From: Balanoglossus misakiensis
Taxonomy: Eukaryota; Animalia; Hemichordata
Length of the DNA: 64,000 nt
Direction: 5' to 3'
Assembly (NCBI GenBank): GCA_040954595.2
Contig: CM082588.2
Location: 482,513-546,512, forward strand
Shown: positions 51,886 to 64,000 of the stretch, piece by piece
Numbering within the stretch: the first letter of the stretch is position 1
How the letters are laid out: each line of letters opens with the position of its first letter
Program-made: the position numbers and the translations under genes
Notes under the pieces: model-generated
Told to the model about the DNA's origin: nothing
Databases searched by the model: none
Seen by the model: the letters and a program-made list of their open reading frames with translations, nothing else

Positions 51886-54800
51886 TGAAAATTCGCGAAG
51901 TCGAAAAATTGACATTTCTGGATGATTTTCATGAGCTATAACCCATGGTTTTTGTCGAAAAACCACCAAATTTTGAAATTTCGCGAAGTCGAAAAATTGA
52001 CATTTCTGGATGATTTTCATGAGCTATAACCCATGGTTTTTGTCGAAAAACCACCAAATTTCGAAATTTCGCGAAGTCGAAAAATTGACATTTCTGGATG
52101 ATTTTCATGAGCTATAACCCATGGTTTTTGTCGAAAAACCACAAAATTTCGAAATTTCGCGAAGTCGAAAAATTGACATTTCTGGATGATTTTCATGAGC
52201 TATAACCCATGGTTTTTGTCGAAAAACCACCAAATTTCGAAAATCCGCAAAGTCGAAAAATTGACATTTCTGGATGATTTTCATGAGCTATAACCCATGG
52301 TTTTTGTCGAAAAACCACCAAATTTCGAAATTTCGCGAAGTCGAAAAATTGACATTTCTGGATGATTTTCATGAGCTATAACCCATGGTTTTTGTCGAAA
52401 AACCACCAAATTTCGAAATTTCGCGAAGTCGAAAAATTGACATTTCTGGATGATTTTCATGAGCTATAACCCATGGTTTTTGTCGAAAAACCACCAAATT
52501 TCGAAATTTCGCGAAGTCGAAAAATTGACATTTCTGGATGATTTTCATGAGCTATAACCCATGGTTTTTGTCGAAAAACCACCAAATTTTGAAATTTCGC
52601 GAAGTCGAAAAATTGACATTTCTGGATGATTTTCATGAGCTATAACCCATGGTTTTTGTCGAAAAACCACCAAATTTCGAAATTTCGCGAAGTCGAAAAA
52701 TTGACATTTCTGGATGATTTTCATGAGCTATAACCCATGGTTTTTGTCGAAAAACCACCAAATTTCGAAATTTCGCGAAGTCGAAGAATTGACATTTCTG
52801 GATGATTTTCATGAGCTATAACCCATGGTTTTTGTCGAAAAACCACCAAATTTCGAAAATCCGCAAAGTCGAAAAATTGACATTTCTGGATGATTTTCAT
52901 GAGCTATAACCCATGGTTTTTGTCGAAAAACCACCAAATTTCGAAATTTCGCGAAGTCGAAAAATTGACATTTCTGGATGATTTTCATGAGCTATAACCC
53001 ATGGTTTTTGTCGAAAAACCACCAAATTTCGAAATTTCGCGAAGTCGAAAAATTGACATTTCTGGATGATTTTCATGAGCTATAACCCATGGTTTTTGTC
53101 GAAAAACCACCAAATTTCGAAATTTCGCGAAGTCGAAAAATTGACATTTCTGGATGATTTTCATGAGCTATAACCCATGGTTTTTGTCGAAAAACCACCA
53201 AAATTTGAAATTTCGCGAAGTCGAAAAATTGACATTTCTGGATGATTTTCATGAGCTATAACCCATGGTTTTTGTCGAAAAACCACCAAAGTTCGAAATT
53301 TCGCGAAGTCGAAAAATTGACATTTCTGGATGATTTTCATGAGCTATAACCCATGGTTTTTGTCGAAAAAGCACCAAATTTTGAAATTTCGCGAAGTCGA
53401 AAAATTGACATTTCTGGATGATTTTCATGAGCTATAACCCATGGTTTTTGTCGAAAAATCACCAAATTTTGAAATTTCGCGAAGTCGAAAAATTGACATT
53501 TCTGGATGATTTTCATGAGCTATAACCCATGGTTTTTGTCGAAAAAGCACCAAATTTTGAAATTTCGCGAAGTCGAAAAATTGACATTTCTGGATGATTT
53601 TCATGAGCTATAACCCATGGTTTTTGTCGAAAAAGCACCAAATTTTGAAATTTCGCGAAGTCGAAAAATTGACATTTCTGGATGATTTTCATGAGCTATA
53701 ACCCATGGTTTTTGTCGAAAAAGCACCAAATTTTGAAATTTCGCGAAGTCGAAAAATTGACATTTCTGGATGATTTTCATGAGCTATAACCCATGGTTTT
53801 TGTCGAAAAACCACCAAATTTCGAAATTTCGCGAAGTCGAAAAATTGACATTTCTGGATGATTTTCATGAGCTATAACCCATGGTTTTTGTCGAAAAACC
53901 ACCAAAATTTGAAATTTCGCGAAGTCGAAAAATTGACATTTCTGGATGATTTTCATGAGCTATAACCCATGGTTTTTGTCGAAAAACCACCAAAGTTCGA
54001 AATTTCGCGAAGTCGAAAAATTGACATTTCTGGATGATTTTCATGAGCTATAACCCATGGTTTTTGTCGAAAAACCACCAAATTTCGAAATTTCGCGAAG
54101 TCGAAAATTGACATTTCTGGATGATTTTCATGAGCTATAACCCATGGTTTTTGTCGAAAAACCACCAAATTTCGAAATTTCGCGAAGTCGAAAAATTGAC
54201 ATTTCTGGATGATTTTCATGAGCTATAACCCATGGTTTTTGTCGAAAAACCACCAAATTTCGAAATTTCGCGAAGTCGAAAAATTGACATTTCTGGATGA
54301 TTTTCATGAGCTATAACCCATGGTTTTTGTCAAAAAACCACCAAATTTCGAAATTTCGCGAAGTCGAAAAATTGACATTTCTGGATGATTTTCATGAGCT
54401 ATAACCCATGGTTTTTGTCGGAAAACCACCAAATTTCGAAATTTCGCGAAGTCGAAAAATTGACATTTCTGGATGATTTTCATGAGCTATAACCCATGGT
54501 TTTTGTCGGAAAACCACCAAATTTCGAAATTTCGCGAAGTCGAAAAATTGACATTTCTGGATGATTTTCATGAGCTATAACCCATGGTTTTTGTCGAAAA
54601 ACCACCAAATTTCGAAATTTCGCGAAGTCGAAAAATTGACATTTCTGGATGATTTTCATGAGCTATAACCCATGGTTTTTGTCGAAAAACCACCAATTTC
54701 GAAATTTCGCGAAGTCGAAAAATTGACATTTCTGGATGATTTTCATGAGCTATAACCCATGGTTTTTGTCGAAAAACCACCAAATTTCGAAATTTCGCGA

Positions 54801-57800
54801 AGTCGAAAAATTGACATTTCTGGATGATTTTCATGAGCTATAACCCATGGTTTTTGTCGAAAAAGCACCAAATTTTGAAATTTCGCGAAGTCGAAAAATT
54901 GACATTTCTGGATGATTTTCATGAGCTATAACCCATGGTTTTTGTCGAAAAACCACCAAATTTTGAAATTTCGCGAAGTCGAAAAATTGACATTTCTGGA
55001 TGATTTTCATGAGCTATAACCCATGGTTTTTGTCGAAAAACCACCAAATTATGAAATTTTCGCGAAGTCGAAAAATTGACATTTCTGGATGATTTTCATG
55101 AGCTATAACCCATGGTTTTTGTCGAAAAAGCACCAAATTTTGAAATTTCGCGAAGTCGAAAAATTGACATTTCTGGATGATTTTCATGAGCTATAACCCA
55201 TGGTTTTTGTCGAAAAACCACCAAATTTCGAAATTTCGCGAAGTCGAAAAATTGACATTTCTGGATGATTTTCATGAGCTATAACCCATGGTTTTTGTCA
55301 AAAAACCACCAAATTTCGAAATTTCGCGAAGTCGAAAAATTGACATTTCTGGATGATTTTCATGAGCTATAACCCATGGTTTTTGTCGGAAAACCACCAA
55401 ATTTCGAAATTTCGCGAAGTCGAAAAATTGACATTTCTGGATGATTTTCATGAGCTATAACCCATGGTTTTTGTCGGAAAACCACCAAATTTCGAAATTT
55501 CGCGAAGTCGAAAAATTGACATTTCTGGATGATTTTCATGAGCTATAACCCATGGTTTTTGTCGAAAAACCACCAAATTTCGAAATTTCGCGAAGTCGAA
55601 AAATTGACATTTCTGGATGATTTTCATGAGCTATAACCCATGGTTTTTGTCGAAAAACCACCAAATTTCGAAATTTCGCGAAGTCGAAAAATTGACATTT
55701 CTGGATGATTTTCATGAGCTATAACCCATGGTTTTTGTCGAAAAAGCACCAAATTTTGAAATTTCGCGAAGTCGAAAAATTGACATTTCTGGATGATTTT
55801 CATGAGCTATAACCCATGGTTTTTGTCGAAAAAGCACCAAATTTTGAAATTTCGCGAAGTCGAAAAATTGACATTCTGGATGATTTTCATGAGCTATAAC
55901 CCATGGTTTTTGTCGAAAAAGCACCAAATTTTGAAATTTCGCGAAGTCGAAAAATTGACATTTCTGGATGATTTTCATGAGCTATAACCCATGGTTTTTG
56001 TCGAAAAAGCACCACATTTTGAAATTTCGCGAAGTCGAAAAATTGACATTTCTGGATGATTTTCATGAGCTATAACCCATGGTTTTTGTCGAAAAAGCAC
56101 CAAATTTTGAAATTTCGCGAAGTCGAAAAATTGACATTTCTGGATGATTTTCATGAGCTATAACCCATGGTTTTTGTCGAAAAACCACCAAATTTTGAAA
56201 TTTCGCGAAGTCGAAAAATTGACATTTCTGGATGATTTTCATGAGCTATAACCCATGGTTTTTGTCGAAAAACCACCAAATTTTGAAATTTCGCCAAGTC
56301 GAAAAATTGACATTTCTGGATGATTTTCATGAGCTATAACCCATGGTTTTTGTCGAAAAACCACCAAATTTTGAAATTTCGCGAAGTCGAAAAATTGACA
56401 TTTCTGGACGATTTTCATGAGCTATAACCCATGGTTTTTGTCGAAAAACCACCAAATTTTGAAATTTCGCGAAGTCGAAAAATTGACATTTCTGGATGAT
56501 TTTCATAACCCATGGTTTATGTCGAAAAACCACCAAAATTTGAAATTTCGCGAAGTCGAAAAATTGACATTTCTGGATGATTTTCATGAGCTATAACCCA
56601 TGGTTTTTGTCGAAAAACCACCAAATTTTGAAATTTCGCGAAGTCGAAAAATTGACATTTCTGGATGAATTTCATGAGCTATAACCCATGGTTTTTGTCG
56701 AAAAACCACCAAATTTCGAAATTTCGCGAAGTCGAAAAATTGACATTTCTGGATGATTTTCATGAGCTATAACCCATGGTTTTTGTCGAAAAACCACCAA
56801 ATTTCGAAATTTCGCGAAGTCGAAAAATTGACATTTCTGGATGATTTTCATGAGCTATAACCCATGGTTTTTGTCGAAAAACCACCAAATTTCGAAATTT
56901 CGCGAAGTCGAAAAATTGACATTTCTGGATGATTTTCATGAGCTATAACCCATGGTTTTTGTCGAAAAACCACCAAATTTCGAAATTTCGCGAAGTCGAA
57001 AAATTGACATTTCTGGATGATTTTCATGAGCTATAACCCATGGTTTTTGTCGAAAAACCACCAAATTTCGAAATTTCGCGAAGTCGAAAAATTGACATTT
57101 CTGGATGATTTTCATGAGCTATAACCCATGGTTTTTGTCGAAAAACCACCAAATTTCGAAATTTCGCGAAGTCGAAAAATTGACATTTCTGGATGATTTT
57201 CATGAGCTATAACCCATGGTTTTTGTCGAAAAAGCACCAAATTTTGAAATTTCGCGAAGTCGAAAAATTGACATTTCTGGATGATTTTCATGAGCTATAA
57301 CCCATGGTTTTTGTCGAAAAATCACCAAATTTTGAAATTTCGCGAAGTCGAAAAATTGACATTTCTGGATGATTTTCATGAGCTATAACCCATGGTTTTT
57401 GTCGAAAAACCACCAAATTTTGAAATTTCGCGAAGTCGAAAAATTGACATTTCTGGATGATTTTCATGAGCTATAACCCATGGTTTTTGTCGAAAAACCA
57501 CCAAATTTTGAAATTTCGCGAAGTCGAAAAATTGACATTTCTGGATGATTTTCATGAGCTATAACCCATGGTTTTTGTCGAAAAACCACCAAATTTTGAA
57601 ATTTCGCGAAGTCGAAAAATTGACATTTCTGGATGATTTTCATGAGCTATAACCCATGGTTTTTGTCGAAAAACCACCAAATTTTGAAATTTCGCGAAGT
57701 CGAAAAATTGACATTTCTGGATGATTTTCATGAGCTATAACCCATGGTTTTTGTCGAAAAACCACCAAATTTTGAAATTTCGCGAAGTCGAAAAATTGAC

Positions 57801-60800
57801 ATTTCTGGATGATTTTCATGAGCTATAACCCATGGTTTATGTCGAAAAACCACCAAAATTTGAAATTTCGCGAAGTCGAAAAATTGACATTTCTGGATGA
57901 TTTTCATGAGCTATAACCCATGGTTTTTGTCGAAAAACCACCAAATTTTGAAATTTCGCGAAGTCGAAAAATTGACATTTCTGGATGAATTTCATGAGCT
58001 ATAACCCATGGTTTTTGTCGAAAAACCACCAAATTTCGAAATTTCGCGAAGTCGAAAAATTGACATTTCTGGATGATTTTCATGAGCTATAACCCATGGT
58101 TTTTGTCGAAAAACCACCAAATTTCGAAATTTCGCGAAGTCGAAAAATTGACATTTCTGGATGATTTTCATGAGCTATAACCCATGGTTTTTGTCGAAAA
58201 ACCACCAAATTTCGAAATTTCGCGAAGTCGAAAAATTGACATTTCTGGATGATTTTCATGAGCTATAACCCATGGTTTTTGTCGAAAAAGCACCAAATTT
58301 TGAAATTTCGCGAAGTCGAAAAATTGACATTTCTGGATGATTTTCATGAGCTATAACCCATGGTTTTTGTCGAAAAATCACCAAATTTTGAAATTTCGCG
58401 AAGTCGAAAAAATTGACATTTCTGGATGATTTTCATGAGCTATAACCCATGGTTTTTGTCGAAAAAGCACCAAATTTTGAAATTTCGCGAAGTCGAAAAA
58501 TTGACATTTCTGGATGATTTTCATGAGCTATAACCCATGGTTTTTGTCGAAAAACCACCAAATTTTGAAATTTCGCGAAGTCGAAAAATTGACATTTCTG
58601 GATGATTTTCATGAGCTATAACCCATGGTTTTTGTCGAAAAACCACCAAATTTTGAAATTTCGCGAAGTCGAAAAATTGACATTTCTGGATGATTTTCAT
58701 GAGCTATAATCCCATGGTTTTTGTCGGAAAACCACCAAATTTCGAAATTTCGCGAAGTCGAAAAATTGACATTTCTGGATGATTTTCATGAGCTATAACC
58801 CATGGTTTTTGTCGAAAAACCACCAAATTTCGAAATTTCGCGAAGTCGAAAAATTGACATTTCTGGATGATTTTCATGAGCTATAACCCATGGTTTTTGT
58901 CGAAAAAGCACCAAATTTTGAAATTTCGCGAAGTCGAAAAATTGACATTTCTGGATGATTTTCATGAGCTATAACCCATGGTTTTTGTCGAAAAAGCACC
59001 AAATTTTGAAATTTCGCGAAGTCGAAAAATTGACATTTCTGGATGATTTTCATGAGCTATAACCCATGGTTTTTGTCGAAAAAGCACCAAATTTTGAAAT
59101 TTCGCGAAGTCGAAAAATTGACATTTCTGATGATTTTCATGAGCTATAACCCATGGTTTTTGTCGAAAAACCACCAAATTTTGAAATTTCGCGAAGTCGA
59201 AAAATTGACATTTCTCGATGATTTTCATGAGCTATAACCCATGGTTTTTGTCGAAAAACCACCAAATTTTGAAATTTCGCGAAGTCGAAAAATTGACATT
59301 TCTCGATGATTTTCATGAGCTATAACCCATGGTTTTTGTCGAAAAACCACCAAATTTTGAAATTTCGCGAAGTCGAAAAATTGACATTTCTGGATGATTT
59401 TCATGAGCTATAACCCATGGTTTTTGTCGAAAAACCACCAAATTTTGAAATTTCGCGAAGTCGAAAAATTGACATTTCTGGATGATTTTCATGAGCTATA
59501 ACCCATGGTTTTTGTCGAAAAACCACCAAATTTTGAAATTTCGCGAAGTCGAAAAATTGACATTTCTGGATGATTTTCATGAGCTATAACCCATGGTTTA
59601 TGTCGAAAAACCACCAAAATTTGAAATTTCGCGAAGTCGAAAAATTGACATTTCTGGATGATTTTCATGAGCTATAACCCATGGTTTTTGTCGAAAAACC
59701 ACCAAATTTTGAAATTTCGCGAAGTCGAAAAATTGACATTTCTGGATGAATTTCATGAGCTATAACCCATGGTTTTTGTCGAAAAACCACCAAATTTCGA
59801 AATTTCGCGAAGTCGAAAAATTGACATTTCTGGATGATTTTCATGAGCTATAACCCATGGTTTTTGTCGAAAAACCACCAAATTTCGAAATTTCGCGAAG
59901 TCGAAAAATTGACATTTCTGGATGATTTTCATGAGCTATAACCCATGGTTTTTGTCGAAAAACCACCAAATTTCGAAATTTCGCGAAGTCGAAAAATTGA
60001 CATTTCTGGATGATTTTCATGAGCTATAACCCATGGTTTTTGTCGAAAAACCACCAAATTTCGAAATTTCGCGAAGTCGAAAAATTGACATTTCTGGATG
60101 ATTTTCATGAGCTATAACCCATGGTTTTTGTCGAAAAACCACCAAATTTCGAAATTTCGCGAAGTCGAAAAATTGACATTTCTGGATGATTTTCATGAGC
60201 TATAACCCATGGTTTTTGTCGAAAAACCACCAAATTTCGAAATTTCGCGAAGTCGAAAAATTGACATTTCTGGATGATTTTCATGAGCTATAACCCATGG
60301 TTTTTGTCGAAAAACCACCAAATTTCGAAATTTCGCGAAGTCGAAAAATTGACATTTCTGGATGATTTTCATGAGCTATAACCCATGGTTTTTGTCGAAA
60401 AACCACCAAATTTCGAAATTTCGCGAAGTCGAAAAATTGACATTTCTGGATGATTTTCATGAGCTATAACCCATGGTTTTTGTCGAAAAACCACCAAATT
60501 TCGAAATTTCGCGAAGTCGAAAAATTGACATTTCTGGATGATTTTCATGAGCTATAACCCATGGTTTTTGTCGAAAAACCACCAAATTTCGAAATTTCGC
60601 GAAGTCGAAAAATTGACATTTCTGGATGATTTTCATGAGCTATAACCCATGGTTTTTGTCGAAAAACCACCAAATTTCGAAATTTCGCGAAGTCGAAAAA
60701 TTGACATTTCTGGATGATTTTCATGAGCTATAACCCATGGTTTTTGTCGAAAAACCACCAAATTTTGAAATATTGCGAAGTCGAAAAATTGACATTTCTG

Positions 60801-63800
60801 GATGATTTTCATGAGCTATAACCCATGGTTTTTGTCGAAAAACCACCAAATTTCGAAATTTCGCGAAGTCGAAAAATTGACATTTCTGGATGATTTTCAT
60901 GAGCTATAACCCATGGTTTTTGTCGAAAAACCACCAAATTTCGAAATTTCGCGAAGTCGAAAAATTGACATTTCTGGATGATTTTCATGAGCTATAACCC
61001 ATGGTTTTTGTCGAAAAACCACCAAATTTTGAAATTTCGCGAAGTCGAAAAATTGACATTTCTGGATGATTTTCATGAGCTATAACCCATGGTTTTTGTC
61101 GAAAAACCACCAAATTTTGAAATTTCGCGAAGTCGAAAAATTGACATTTCTGGATGATTTTCATGAGCTATAACCCATGGTTTTTGTCGAAAAACCACCA
61201 AATTTTGAAATTTCGCGAAGTCGAAAAATTGACATTTCTGGATGATTTTCATGAGCTATAACCCATGGTTTTTGTCGAAAAACCACCAAATTTTGAAATT
61301 TCGCGAAGTCGAAAAATTGACATTTCTGGATGATTTTCATGAGCTATAACCCATGGTTTTTGTCGAAAAACCACCAAATTTTGAAATTTCGCGAAGTCGA
61401 AAAATTGACATTTCTGGATGATTTTCATGAGCTATAACCCATGGTTTTTGTCGAAAAACCACCAAATTTTGAAATTTCGCGAAGTCGAAAAATTGACATT
61501 TCTGGATGAATTTCATGAGCTATAACCCATGGTTTTTGTCGAAAAAACCACCAAATTTCGAAATTTCGCGAAGTCGAAAAATTGACATTTCTGGATGATT
61601 TTCATGAGCTATAACCCATGGTTTTTGTCGAAAAACCACCAAATTTCGAAATTTCGTGAAGTCGAAAAATTGACATTTCTGGATGATTTTCATGAGCTAT
61701 AACCCATGGTTTTTGTCGAAAAACCACCAAATTTCGAAATTTCGCGAAGTCGAAAAATTGACATTTCTGGATGATTTCATGAGCTATAACCCATGGTTTT
61801 TGTCGAAAAACCACCAAATTTCGAAATTTCGCGAAGTCGAAAAATTGACATTTCTGGATGATTTTCATGAGCTATAACCCATGGTTTTTGTCGAAAAACC
61901 ACCAAATTTCGAAATTTCGCGAAGTCGAAAAATTGACATTTCTGGATGATTTTCATGAGCTATAACCCATGGTTTTTGTCGAAAAACCACCAAATTTCGA
62001 AATTTCGCGAAGTCGAAAAATGGACATTTCTGGATGATTTTCATGAGCTATAACCCATGATTTTTGTCGAAAAACCACCAAATTTCGAAATTTCGCGAAG
62101 TTGAAAAATTGACATTTCTGGATGATTTTCATGAGCTATAACCCATGGTTTTTGTCGAAAAACCACCAAATTTCGAAATTTCGCGAAGTCGAAAAATTGA
62201 CATTTCTGGATGATTTTCATGAGCTATAACCCATGGTTTTTGTCGTAAAACCACCAAATTTTGAAATTTCGCGAAGTCGAAAAATTGACATTTCTGGATG
62301 ATTTTCATGAGCTATAACCCATGGTTTTTGTCGAAAAACCACCAAATTTCGAAATTTCGCGAAGTCGAAAAATTGACATTTCTGGATGATTTTCATGAGC
62401 TATAACCCATGGTTTTTGTCGAAAAACCACCAAATTTTGAAATTTCGCGAAGTCGAAAAATTGACATTTCTGGATGATTTTCATGAGCTATAACCCATGG
62501 TTTTTGTCGAAAAACCACCAAATTTTGAAATTTCGCGAAGTCGAAAAATTGACATTTCTGGATGATTTTCATGAGCTATAACCCATGGTTTTTGTCGAAA
62601 AACCACCAAATTTTGAAATTTCGCGAAGTTGAAAAATTGACATTTCTGGATGATTTTCATGAGCTATAACCCATGGTTTTTGTCGAAAAACCACCAAATT
62701 TTGAAATTTCGCGAAGTCGAAAAATTGACATTTCTGGATGATTTTCATGAGCTATAACCCATGGTTTTTGTCGAAAAACCACCAAATTTTGAAATTTCGC
62801 GAAGTCGAAAAATTGACATTTCTGGATGATTTTCATGAGCTATAACCCATGGTTTTTGTCGAAAAACCACCAAATTTCGAAATTTCGCGAAGTCGAAAAA
62901 TTGACATTTCTGGATGATTTTCATGAGCTATAACCCATGGTTTTTGTCGAAAAACCACCAAATTTCGAAATTTCGCGAAGTCGAAAAAATTGACATTTCT
63001 GGATGATTTTCATGAGCTATAACCCATGGTTTTTGTCGAAAAACCACCAAATTTCGAAATTTCGCGAAGTCGAAAAATTGACATTTCTGGATGATTTTCA
63101 TGAGCTATAACCCATGGTTTTTGTCGAAAAACCACCAAATTTCGAAATTTCGCGAAGTCGAAAAATGGACATTTCTGGATGATTTTCATGAGCTATAACC
63201 CATGGATTTTTGTCGAAAAACCACCAAATTTTCGAAATTTCGCGAAGTTGAAAAATTGACATTTCTGGATGATTTTCATGAGCTATAACCCATGGTTTTT
63301 GTCGAAAAACCACCAAATTTCGAAATTTCGCGAAGTCGAAAAATTGACATTTCTGGATGATTTTCATGAGCTATAACCCATGGTTTTTGTCGTAAAACCA
63401 CCAAATTTTGAAATTTCGCGAAGTCGAAAAATTGACATTTCTGGATGATTTTCATGAGCTATAACCCATGGTTTTTGTCGAAAAACCACCAAATTTTGAA
63501 ATTTCGCGAAGTTGAAAAATTGCATTTCTGGATGATTTTCATGAGCTATAACCCATGGTTTTTGTCGAAAAACCACCAAATTTTGAAATTTCGCGAAGTC
63601 GAAAAATTGACATTTCTGGATGATTTTCATGAGCTATAACCCATGGTTTTTGTCGAAAAACCACCAAAATTTTGAAATTTCGCGAAGTCGAAAATTGACA
63701 TTTCTGGATGATTTTCATGAGCTATAACCCATGGTTTTTGTCGAAAAACCACCAAATTTTGAATTCGCGAAGACGAAAAATTGACATTTCTGGATGATTT

Positions 63801-63993
63801 TCATGAGCTATAACCCAATGGTTTTTGTCGAAAAACCACCAAATTTTGAAATTTCGCGAAGTCGAAAAATTGACATTTCTGGATGATTTTCATGAGCTAT
63901 AACCCATGGTTTTTGTGGAAAAACCACCAAATTTTGAAATTTCGCGAAGACGAAAAATTGACATTTCTGGATGATTTTCATGAGCTATAACCC
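51886..63993. repeat. 88-bp tandem satellite array, ~137 copies
   Basis: Consensus GAAATTTCGCGAAGTCGAAAAATTGACATTTCTGGATGATTTTCATGAGCTATAACCCATGGTTTTTGTCGAAAAACCACCAAATTT(C/T); period of 88 checked (e.g. 52021 to 52109); most copies differ by only 0-2 bases. Confidence 0.99.
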
Positions 63994-64000
63994 CAGGCCT

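Noticed and set aside
51723-63639. Repeated ORFs in the satellite (MKIIQKCQFFDFAKF...)
   Set aside because: The monomer length of 88 is not a multiple of 3; the ORFs arise from frame cycling and single-base indels, some possibly homopolymer sequencing errors.
51886-63993. CRISPR array or CENP-B box interpretation of the repeat
   Set aside because: There are no unique spacers or cas genes and the context is eukaryotic; TTCG is present but the CENP-B core TTCG-N4-A-N2-CGGG is not.

Overview
Animal (eukaryotic) genomic DNA, probably from a marine invertebrate; a deuterostome origin is my inference from repeat style and mosaic CpG depletion. The only recognisable protein-coding gene is a + strand lin-28 orthologue (cold-shock domain plus two CCHC zinc knuckles) with coding exons 24704-24852, 42611-42783 and 45404-45674. 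Its short phase-1 first coding exon is ambiguous, with four in-frame candidates between 3.9 and 24.1 kb. The first ~33 kb is CpG-rich and dense in transcription-factor motifs, then the sequence switches to CpG-depleted DNA inside the 17.8-kb intron. A probable long 3' UTR (up to ~6 kb) has three miR-125/lin-4 seed sites, no canonical let-7 7-mer that I could find, and a TTAA-flanked MITE. The last ~12.1 kb is a homogeneous 88-bp satellite (~137 copies). Nearly every monomer carries a perfect heat-shock element (GAA-AT-TTC-GC-GAA) and several palindromes, directly downstream of lin-28. All other listed ORFs appear spurious. All counts were made by eye.
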